From contig JAGPDB010000004.1 of assembly GCA_018057765.1 (NCBI GenBank), positions 12,691 to 76,690 of the forward strand: a stretch of DNA of 64,000 bases, written 5' to 3'. Position 1 is the first letter of the stretch, and every line of letters begins with the position of its first letter. This DNA comes from Acidimicrobiia bacterium (GTDB taxonomy: Bacteria; Actinomycetota; Acidimicrobiia; IMCC26256; JAGPDB01). This document shows positions 29,492-37,544 of this stretch, in pieces. The position numbers and the translations under genes were made by a program. The notes under the pieces were generated by a model, which was given only the letters and a program-made list of their open reading frames with translations, was not told the origin of the DNA and ran no database searches.

Positions 29492-30667
29492 TTAACCAGT
29501 TATTTTTCCATCATAATTATGCCAAGTGTGATTCTCGAAATCATAAAGCTTACATTTAGAAGTTGTAGAGAAATAATCGTTAAATTTAAGTTTTCTCGAT
29601 TTTATGTCTGGGTATAATTCAACTAAAGCATCACCTGCTTGTGGTAAATGATAACAAGGTATTCTCATATCAACATGGTGAGGTACATGAACAAAAATGT
29701 TATGAAAAAATAACCAATTAACCAGTGGCTGACATTTAAGTATCGTGGTTCCTTCAACTTGTCCTTTAAAGCTATCCCATTCACTTCTTGGCCACCATTT
29801 AATATCTGGTGCAATATGTTGTACATAAACAGTCCATCCAATAATTGACATAAATCCAAACCACGGAATTGCGATAATTTTAGTTAGCATCCAAATTGCT
29901 CCTAATATTGACCCATAGTGGAAAAATCCATATGTTATAAGTGTGAATACGGAAATCGTACCAAAAATTCCAACAAGACGAACATCTTTTTGAATGCGTA
30001 ATTTATATCTTTCTGGGGGAGTGAACGAAATCATTTTATTCCACCAGACGTTTCTAATATAATAAAAACCTGATCCTAAAAAACTCCATTCAATGCGATG
30101 CTGAAATTTCTTATACTTATTCATTTGTGAATATTCTTCTATTGTTGAAGGCATCCATACAAAATCCATTTGTTCACGCACAGTGTGACCATGGTGAATT
30201 CTGTTGTGACCTAATAGCCAAGCTTCATAAGAGTGCAGTTCTGGCAAAAAGAGTAGCCGTCCAATAATTTTATTAGCTTTTTTTGAGTTCAAAAGAGAGT
30301 TGTGAGCACAATCATGACCAACGACGAACATTCCAGCAAGTGTAAATGAGCTGAAAACAAGACTTGGCAAAAGTATAAAGATATTATCACTAGAAAATAG
30401 GATTACTAAAGATACTAACCATAGAACTAAAGCTCGTATGACAATCAATGAACCTTTAAGGTTTGATCGTTCAAAACATTCTTTTGGTATTGCATTTATA
30501 GCTGGCTTAAGTGTTCCAACTTTTCGTGTGCCTACGCCTTTGAATTCACTTGAGATTGATTTTGTGTCGTTTATCATGACTGACCTTCCGTTAGGTAGGG
30601 AGAATATACATATATCATACTTATCTATATTAGATATGTCCACTAGTGTGCTTATTTTTGTGTGCAA
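29492..30667 (-). CDS. Membrane fatty-acid desaturase, Delta12/omega-6-like
   Basis: 391 aa. The three His boxes are HDCAH, HNRIHHGH and HVPHH. The segment IPKECFERS is typical of DesA/FAD2-type enzymes. Confidence 0.8.
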   Translation of the reverse strand: MHTKISTLVDISNIDKYDICIFSLPNGRSVMINDTKSISSEFKGVGTRKVGTLKPAINAIPKECFERSNLKGSLIVIRALVLWLVSLVILFSSDNIFILLPSLVFSSFTLAGMFVVGHDCAHNSLLNSKKANKIIGRLLFLPELHSYEAWLLGHNRIHHGHTVREQMDFVWMPSTIEEYSQMNKYKKFQHRIEWSFLGSGFYYIRNVWWNKMISFTPPERYKLRIQKDVRLVGIFGTISVFTLITYGFFHYGSILGAIWMLTKIIAIPWFGFMSIIGWTVYVQHIAPDIKWWPRSEWDSFKGQVEGTTILKCQPLVNWLFFHNIFVHVPHHVDMRIPCYHLPQAGDALVELYPDIKSRKLKFNDYFSTTSKCKLYDFENHTWHNYDGKITG

Positions 30668-30787
30668 TAATCAACTTTTTGTATCTATAGTATAAATAAG
30701 GCAATTCTATACTGATCTTTTGTTTTATAGGTTTTATCTATATAAAATTTAAGATGCTATGGTCTTTATTGTTTAAGGAGAAAATAC

Positions 30788-32503
30788 TTGAAATTCAAGT
30801 CAAAGGTAAGTTCACCAATTATTGCATCTGTGATTATTTTTATTTTAGGATTAACAGCTACATATGTCACCTGGAATGAATCTCGGGATAAAACTTTTCA
30901 AAGAACAGAGACTCAACAAAAAGAAATAACAAATTCTCTTGAGTCTGGAATTAGAACAAAAACTACAGCAATAGAAGAAATATTGCATGGCACGATGTCT
31001 TTTACATCTAACTATGATTTTAATTCGGACAGATTCTCAAAATATTTGGATTCATTAAAGATCTCTCAAAGATATTCAAGTATTGATTCAATAGGTTATA
31101 TTGCTTTGATTGATAGTGAAGAATTAGAGCCAATACTAGCGATAATGAGACAAACGATTGATCCAAATTTTACAATTTACCCTTCAAGTAAACAAGAAAA
31201 ATATGCACCCGTATTATTCATAAAATCAATTGCCGATAAGTATAAGCGCTCTAATATTCTAGGTTTAAATTTATTCTCTGACAAAAAATTCTCAGAATTA
31301 TTAGAAAAAGCAAATAAAGAATCAAAACCAACTTTTTCAGGTTTAACATCTTTTACTGGATATAAAGATAACGACTCCCAGTCGAGTATTGTTTATATTT
31401 CTCCAATATATTCTTCAAGCAATCAAATATCTGCAAATATTACAGGCTATGTTTTTGCAACAATACGAGCATCTTCGATGATAAGAAATGTTGTAGCTGC
31501 TATCGATCCTAATATAAATGTAAGTGTTTATGACAGTAAAATTATCGATAAATCAAAATTACTCTATGGCATATATGATAAAAATACTACTGATGATTAT
31601 CTCAAAACATTTAATATTGGCGGACGCTCGTGGCTAATAGATTTAAGAGCTAACACGAATACTAGTTCCAATTCTAATAATCAATCGGGTACCCTGTTGA
31701 TTCTTGGTTTTGTACTCTCGCTTTTGATTTCACTATTTTTATTATTTGTCATTAAGTCTAAATCAAGAGAAATTGAATTAGAAAAACAATTAGATATTGA
31801 TTCAGCAAAAGAAGACCTGATATCGCTTGCATCACATCAACTGAGAACACCAGCAACCAGCGTTAAGCAGTATTTAGGGCTCGTGCTAGAAGGTTATGTA
31901 GGAGATATAACTAAAGAACAGGAAATGATGTTGACAAAGGCAAATGAATCCAATGAACGACAATTAGCTGTAGTAAATCAAATTTTAAACTTATCAAAAC
32001 TTGATAATAATAGTGTTACATTAAAGAAAATACAGGTCGATTTAATATCTTTGGCAAATGACGTTATATTAGATCAAACCCTTTTACTCTCAGACATGGA
32101 TGTAACAGTAAAACCAAAAGAGTCAAAAATATTCGCAGATGTAGATCCATTATATATGAGGATGGTCATAGAAAATTTAGTTACAAATGCAGCTAAATAT
32201 TCATCTACCAGCACAAATATTGACATAGAAATATCGGAATCACAAGAAGAGTTTTGTGTTGCAATAAGGGACTATGGAATAGGTATCGAAAGCGAAGACC
32301 TTGATAATCTGTTTGTATTATTTAATAGAATTGATAATGATTTAACTACTAACATAAGTGGCACAGGGATTGGTTTGTATATTAGCAAATTGATCGTCAA
32401 CCTTCACGGTGGAACAATTGAAGTAGAATCTGTTATTGGTGAAGGATCGACATTTAAAGTATGTTTACCTAAAGAAGCCGATGGGACAACAAATGCTAGT
32501 TGA
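30788..32503 (+). CDS. Sensor histidine kinase with large extracytoplasmic (CHASE-like) domain
   Basis: 571 aa with a TTG start after AAGGAG. Two TM helices flank a ~270-aa loop whose pattern (YAPVLFIKS, ILGLNLFSD, VYISPIY, GYVFATIRA) is CHASE-like. The H-box is SHQLRTP, the N-box is LVTNAAKYS, and the G-boxes are DYGIGI and GTGIGL. Confidence 0.8.
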   Translation: MKFKSKVSSPIIASVIIFILGLTATYVTWNESRDKTFQRTETQQKEITNSLESGIRTKTTAIEEILHGTMSFTSNYDFNSDRFSKYLDSLKISQRYSSIDSIGYIALIDSEELEPILAIMRQTIDPNFTIYPSSKQEKYAPVLFIKSIADKYKRSNILGLNLFSDKKFSELLEKANKESKPTFSGLTSFTGYKDNDSQSSIVYISPIYSSSNQISANITGYVFATIRASSMIRNVVAAIDPNINVSVYDSKIIDKSKLLYGIYDKNTTDDYLKTFNIGGRSWLIDLRANTNTSSNSNNQSGTLLILGFVLSLLISLFLLFVIKSKSREIELEKQLDIDSAKEDLISLASHQLRTPATSVKQYLGLVLEGYVGDITKEQEMMLTKANESNERQLAVVNQILNLSKLDNNSVTLKKIQVDLISLANDVILDQTLLLSDMDVTVKPKESKIFADVDPLYMRMVIENLVTNAAKYSSTSTNIDIEISESQEEFCVAIRDYGIGIESEDLDNLFVLFNRIDNDLTTNISGTGIGLYISKLIVNLHGGTIEVESVIGEGSTFKVCLPKEADGTTNAS

Positions 32504-32888
32504 TAGTTCAAATAAAAAAATTCTAGTAGTCGAAGATGATGTCGATTTAAACAATACCTATAGTATTGTTTTAAGGAAAGAGGGCTTAGATGTGTCTTCT
32601 GCAAAAGATGGACTAGAAGCTATCAAATTGTTAGATAAATTTACCCCTGATCTAGTTCTACTAGATTTGCGAATGGCAAAGATGGGTGGAGTGGAATTTT
32701 TAAAAGAATCCAATATTGCTAACAATCTTCCGAATACTAAAATAATAATATTTACAAATTTTGATTTAAATGATGAAATACAAGAAGCATTTGAATTAGG
32801 TGCGAGTCGGTATGTGCTTAAAGCAATGTTGTCGCCTAAACAGCTTGTTAAATTAGTAGAAGAAGAATTGGATATAGAAGTAAGTTAA
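32493..32888 (+). CDS. Stand-alone receiver (CheY-like) response regulator; alternative start at 32481
   Basis: It carries ILVVEDD, LVLLDLRM (phospho-Asp), IIIFTN and YVLKA, with no output domain. It overlaps the kinase stop. Confidence 0.85.
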   Translation: MLVDSSNKKILVVEDDVDLNNTYSIVLRKEGLDVSSAKDGLEAIKLLDKFTPDLVLLDLRMAKMGGVEFLKESNIANNLPNTKIIIFTNFDLNDEIQEAFELGASRYVLKAMLSPKQLVKLVEEELDIEVS

Positions 32889-33559
32889 GAGATCTCAATA
32901 TCTTTCCATTCCTCAGTTCCTATTAAGTCCGATAGTGCTTTTATATCAACGGTATAGTGGAATGAATCGTATTCAATAATATTTAGTTTTTTTAATTTCC
33001 CCAATTCAGTTGCAGCTGTTTCTCTTGCTACTCCTACCATATTTGCAATGTCATGTTGCTTGAGCCGAAGCACAATAAGCCAATTACCAGCTTTATTTTT
33101 TTCGCCAAATCTCAAAACTAAGTATTGCAGGATCCTCAGTATTTTATCTTGTGCGCGTGTCTGTTCTAAGGCCTGTATATGAATTTTTGCACCTACATAT
33201 TGTGTAGCTATGCTATCTAATATAATGTTAGATAATTTTATATTGTTATTAAATTCTTTTCTAAGAATTTCTGTTGGTATTACTGCAATTTCTACGTCGC
33301 TCGTTGCTTCGTAGTAATGAAGACAAGAAGTATTTTTTTCAAAAACTACTTCAACAGGGAATATGTTACCTGTTGAAATGAATGAGATATTACTTTCATC
33401 TCCACGTGTATTTAATGAATAGATCCTTACCGTTCCATTTACAACTATATAAGAAGATCTAGGTATTTCACCCTGATAAATAATTGTACGACCTCGCGCA
33501 ACCTTCTTTAAAGGAAAAGAAGAAATCATCTCTTCTAAAACTGGGTCTAAATTCGGCAT
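32885..33559 (-). CDS. Crp/Fnr-family transcriptional regulator
   Basis: 224 aa. The cNMP-binding-like beta-roll includes IIYQGEIPRSSYIVVNGTVRIY. The C-terminal HTH is IANMVGVARETAATELGKLKK. Confidence 0.85.
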   Translation of the reverse strand: MPNLDPVLEEMISSFPLKKVARGRTIIYQGEIPRSSYIVVNGTVRIYSLNTRGDESNISFISTGNIFPVEVVFEKNTSCLHYYEATSDVEIAVIPTEILRKEFNNNIKLSNIILDSIATQYVGAKIHIQALEQTRAQDKILRILQYLVLRFGEKNKAGNWLIVLRLKQHDIANMVGVARETAATELGKLKKLNIIEYDSFHYTVDIKALSDLIGTEEWKDIEIS

Positions 33560-33649
33560 TTATATATGCTAACTCTTGATAAGTTTATTTTCAGCAATAT
33601 ATAGCAGATTTAATCTGTGTTTTAAGTGGAGCTATTTATATAAATCTAA

Positions 33650-33979
33650 TCAGCTATTTTTGAATTTAGTTATTTTGTCAACTAATTCCTTTTTTAAATC
33701 TTTGTTTTTAGAGGTGAAATCTTTTGTGATCAATTTTCCTTTAGTCTCGATTTCATCAGCTTTTCCTACTACTTCATCCAATTTATCAAACGATTTATGA
33801 GCTCCACTCTTAGCCAAGTCTTTCGCAACTTCAGCTTTTTCGTCAATTAACTCGTCAATTTTATTGCGAGACTCTTTTGTATTGATTTTTTTCGCAAGTA
33901 AAAGTCCCCATCTTGTTAGAGCTGCAATGATCGCAGTTTTAAATAAAAACTTAAAAAATCTTGATATTATCTTTGTCAT
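33650..33979 (-). CDS. Small membrane-anchored, Lys/Glu-rich helical protein (YtxH-like stress protein, tentative)
   Basis: 109 aa. One N-terminal TM (AIIAALTRWGLLLA) is followed by a charged helical region. Confidence 0.45.
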   Translation of the reverse strand: MTKIISRFFKFLFKTAIIAALTRWGLLLAKKINTKESRNKIDELIDEKAEVAKDLAKSGAHKSFDKLDEVVGKADEIETKGKLITKDFTSKNKDLKKELVDKITKFKNS

Positions 33980-34124
33980 AAGTTGTTCCTCTGTATTTCT
34001 GTTTGTTTTAATCTTATCTTAATGATGATCTTTTTCTGTAATATTCTTAACAATTAGATGTAAATTAACCAATATCTTAACTAAATCTTAATATGTATAT
34101 AAAAGCTGGGTTTACCAATAAGTA

Positions 34125-34168
34125 GTGGGTCTATCTATCTTAGAAGTATTTAAGATAGATAGACCCAC
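34125..34168 (-). terminator. Perfect 18-bp-stem hairpin (8-nt loop) downstream of the 47-aa ORF
   Basis: gtgggtctatctatctta-gaagtatt-taagatagatagacccac. On the minus strand it begins 18 nt after the stop at 34186. Confidence 0.6.
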
Positions 34169-34185
34169 AATATCTACTTATCTAT

Positions 34186-34329
34186 CTACTTGTCTTTATT
34201 TTCTTCAGCTTCCTCTTCGAGGTGACGTTTCTCATTTTTAATTTCACCTTTCATTTCGTGTAATTTGTCGTCTACCTTATCTTTTGCATCATCATATGCT
34301 GATTTGGCTTTATCTATTACCTCTCCCAT
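34186..34329 (-). CDS. 47-aa highly charged hydrophilic protein (stress/LEA-like small protein, tentative); not in ORF track
   Basis: Hand translation gives MGEVIDKAKSAYDDAKDKVDDKLHEMKGEIKNEKRHLEEEAEENKDK*. An AAAGG lies 7 nt upstream of the ATG, and the strong hairpin follows the ORF. Confidence 0.45.
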   Translation of the reverse strand: MGEVIDKAKSAYDDAKDKVDDKLHEMKGEIKNEKRHLEEEAEENKDK

Positions 34330-34582
34330 TGAGAACCTTTCTGTATGTTTATTGACAGTACTATTAGAACATGTTCATATAACTTTTAAAGTTATATTTC
34401 TAACAATTTTCACTTTAAGTAGTTACTTTTTATTAAATGATTTAATCTTCAATAAGCCCTGGTATGAAATAATATATAGCCACAAACTATGTAAGGATAT
34501 TGTGTTTTGAATGAAGAACATTTATTGTAATATATAGTGAAGTTGAGATTGCACTTCCTGTAAATCATAGAGATGAGTATGT

Positions 34583-35350
34583 TTAAACTTGGCTTCTAGC
34601 CTTAGTCAATCTAAAGAATAGTTGTTCTTGTTCTAAAAATATATTTCTGTATTCAAATCCGATAGGTATATCTATATTGAGGCCATCAAAAAGTCGTTTA
34701 CCATTTCCGCCAACAATCTTTGGTGTTATCGTCAAACATAATTCATCTATTAAATCCTCATTTAATAAACTTGTGTTTAAAGAAGGGCCTCCCTCACATA
34801 AAATATTTTTGTGACCTAACTTCACTAGCGTATCTACTGCAATATTTAGGTCAACTTCTACTTTGCCGCAGACATAAATATCAGCGAGACTATTTGCTTT
34901 TAATGCAGATTTAGATCCAATTTCTGTAGTTAATAATATAGGTTTAGTAATTGCCTTGGTGAAAAAGTCTGTTTCAAAATTAAACTTACCGCTATTAGAT
35001 ATTACAGCAATTGGTGGTATAGAAATTTGCTTACTTTCTCTTCTGTTTATAATCTCTTTTTTAGTCAGGGAAACTGGTCCGTATTTTTCTGTTCGCATAG
35101 TACCTGCACCTACCAGAATAACATCGGACAAGCTTCTCAGTATATGGAAAACTTTCCTATCAATATCACTACTTAATCCTCTTGCTGTACCACTTAGCGA
35201 AATAGCTCCGTCAATACTAGTAACCATATTTAAACGTAGAAATTTTTTGACAGCATCTGATACATTTATCGCAAATGCAGTTTCTATATCTATTGATTCA
35301 ATACTATTTGGAAATATTTGTCTTAGTGCATTAACTGATTCTGTAGTCAT
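34583..35350 (-). CDS. RibD C-terminal-domain / dihydrofolate-reductase-like pyrimidine reductase family protein
   Basis: 255 aa with LRLNMVTSIDGAISL, ILVGAGT and CEGGPSLNTSLLNEDLIDELCLTITPKIVGG. Confidence 0.75.
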   Translation of the reverse strand: MTTESVNALRQIFPNSIESIDIETAFAINVSDAVKKFLRLNMVTSIDGAISLSGTARGLSSDIDRKVFHILRSLSDVILVGAGTMRTEKYGPVSLTKKEIINRRESKQISIPPIAVISNSGKFNFETDFFTKAITKPILLTTEIGSKSALKANSLADIYVCGKVEVDLNIAVDTLVKLGHKNILCEGGPSLNTSLLNEDLIDELCLTITPKIVGGNGKRLFDGLNIDIPIGFEYRNIFLEQEQLFFRLTKARSQV

Positions 35351-35417
35351 ATTAATTGTATATTAGCCAATAATTTTTTAAATGCAGAAATATTAATAAA
35401 TAATTCGGGATCTACCA

Positions 35418-35454
35418 TATGGATTGTTAAGATTATATATCTTAACAATCCATA
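35418..35454. promoter_or_regulatory. 16-bp perfect inverted repeat (5-nt spacer) overlapping the copCD start codon
   Basis: tatggattgttaagat-tatat-atcttaacaatccata. The TTG start at 35424 lies inside the left arm. Confidence 0.5.
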
Positions 35455-37115
35455 AGCATCGCTCAATTTCAATCTATCTAAGCACTATTGTATTTTTTTG
35501 CATAATAGTGGTTCAGTCCATTCCTGCTTATGCACATAGCGAATTCACATCTAGCAATCCTACTAACGGTGCTGTATTAAAAGAATCACCAAAGAACATT
35601 GAAATATCATTTAGCGACAAAATAAATTTAAGTTTTGACTCATTTAGGTTATTAGATAGCGATTCAAAACAAATCAAAACGAAAATGCCAAAAGTAGAGA
35701 AAACTGGAAATTCAATGATTGTCGAAATTCCGAAACTCAAAGATGGTCATTATGTTGTTGTCTATTCAATAGTTTCAGAAGATTCACATGTTATCAAAGG
35801 TGCAATATCATTTTCAGTGGGAAAAAAAGTGATACAAAATGTTGATGATAATCAGATTTCAAAATTATTAGAATCTAAAAAAACACCAACATATTTGGAT
35901 TTTACAAGAAATATCCTGCAATTTATTCTATATATATCGATTGCACTGACCATTTTTTTAATTGTATTTCGAGTTTTTATTTTTGATGATATAAAAAATA
36001 AGCAGCTAAATATTCTGTTCTATTTAGCAACTATTTTTGGGATAACATCATCAATCTTGAGCATTGGAATTCAAGCAGCCGCCGAGGGCAGTTTTTCTAT
36101 TAGTAAAGTATTCTCATCAACTATAATTTTCCAAGAAATAGATACGCGTATAGGAACACTTTATGCAATACGTGCTGTTCTATTCATTTTGCTCGCAGTT
36201 TTATGGAAATTGAATATCAAAATATTTACAAAATTTATTTTACCAATATTGGCCTTATCTATATTGTTAACAATCGCACTAGCAGGCCATGCTTCGTCAG
36301 GTGAATACCAACAGATTGCTTTTATATTCGACATTATTCATGTCTTAGCTGCCAGCATATGGTTTGGCGGATTATTGGCGTTGCCTATATTATTAAAGAA
36401 GGCGAATTATAAAGAAATACTTCGAAAATTTTCAACAATTGCATTGTATTGCGTTATTGCAATATTAGTTACTGGTATTTTTGCTGCTTGGAGACAAATA
36501 GGAAATGTTGAAGTTGCAATAAATACATTTTATGGAAAATTAGTTTTAGCTAAAATGGCCATGTATATATTGTTAATATTAACCGCGGTTTATACTAGAA
36601 AGTTCACGAGAATGATTCTGAAACAAGAGGCCAACATATCAGATGATACAAGAATAAAGAAACGGATTCTTAAATATATTTATTTTGAATGTTTAGTTTT
36701 AATATTTGTGATGTCTACGACTTCTGTATTGGTAAATGCTGTGCCAGCAAGAATCTCTTATAATGCTTCTGTAACAAAACAAGTGGTGACAAAAAAATCT
36801 ATTATTGAAATTACAGTCGACCAAACAAAATTTGGTCCTAACGAAATTCATGTTTATGTTTTAAACAAAAATGGTACGCCTAAACAGGTAGGGGTAGGCA
36901 TTAATACGTTGCAAGAAAAAATTGCGGTACTATCGTGGTCTAATCCGGACGCGAAAATAGACAAATTGCCTGTAGATTTAAGATTTTTGGGATTGAATCA
37001 CTTTATATCAACAAATTCTTTTATACCTTCACCAGGAAATTGGGAATTACAAGTACGAATTAACATTGACGATTTTAATTCTGAATATGCTTCTATAAAA
37101 ATTAATTTTAATTAA
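35424..37115 (+). CDS. Copper-resistance CopC-CopD fusion protein with C-terminal Ig-like (YtkA-like) domain
   Basis: 563 aa. The signal peptide ends PAYA|HSEF, so the mature N-terminal His is as in CopC. The CopC beta-sandwich includes SNPTNGAVLKESPKNIEISFS. About 8 CopD-like TM helices follow, then a soluble tail. Confidence 0.8.
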   Translation: MLRLYILTIHKHRSISIYLSTIVFFCIIVVQSIPAYAHSEFTSSNPTNGAVLKESPKNIEISFSDKINLSFDSFRLLDSDSKQIKTKMPKVEKTGNSMIVEIPKLKDGHYVVVYSIVSEDSHVIKGAISFSVGKKVIQNVDDNQISKLLESKKTPTYLDFTRNILQFILYISIALTIFLIVFRVFIFDDIKNKQLNILFYLATIFGITSSILSIGIQAAAEGSFSISKVFSSTIIFQEIDTRIGTLYAIRAVLFILLAVLWKLNIKIFTKFILPILALSILLTIALAGHASSGEYQQIAFIFDIIHVLAASIWFGGLLALPILLKKANYKEILRKFSTIALYCVIAILVTGIFAAWRQIGNVEVAINTFYGKLVLAKMAMYILLILTAVYTRKFTRMILKQEANISDDTRIKKRILKYIYFECLVLIFVMSTTSVLVNAVPARISYNASVTKQVVTKKSIIEITVDQTKFGPNEIHVYVLNKNGTPKQVGVGINTLQEKIAVLSWSNPDAKIDKLPVDLRFLGLNHFISTNSFIPSPGNWELQVRINIDDFNSEYASIKINFN

Positions 37116-37544
37116 AGTTTAATAAACTTGTGTTGGAATTTTCACTCCAATTCTATCTATATCGTCTGTTTTCGACCAAACCTTTAGAAAAAATTTTAAT
37201 TTCTAAATACCGCCATTATACAGGGATAATAGCTTTTTGTTTAGCTAAAACAAGACCTAAACTTTAGTCCTGCGTATCGACTGTCGAGTAATATGGTTAA
37301 TAGCTCGCTTATGAAAGCCATTTGTGTTTTAGTCGAAAAATTGAGACAGCACTATAAATCAGCTCTTATAAAATGAACTACGAAAGATAAACACCATGAA
37401 CATAGCAAATATAACATTTTTATTGATAATAATTGCCTCATTATGTTTATGTATAGATCACTTTTTTAAAATTCAAAATCAAGTTGCAAAATTGCAACGC
37501 CACTATGCAAATGCAAAAGTGGAAAATCAAATTAAAGGTTTAAA

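Noticed and set aside
34377-34397. 21-bp perfect palindrome as a definite operator
   Set aside because: In DNA this AT-rich, 10-bp-arm palindromes are expected by chance about once or more per 64 kb. I kept it only as context in a low-interest finding.
33576-34510. + strand ORFs 33576..33800 and 34265..34510
   Set aside because: The first is antisense to the 109-aa gene. The second is antisense to the 47-aa ORF and then runs through promoter-like AT-rich DNA. Neither has an RBS or any motif.
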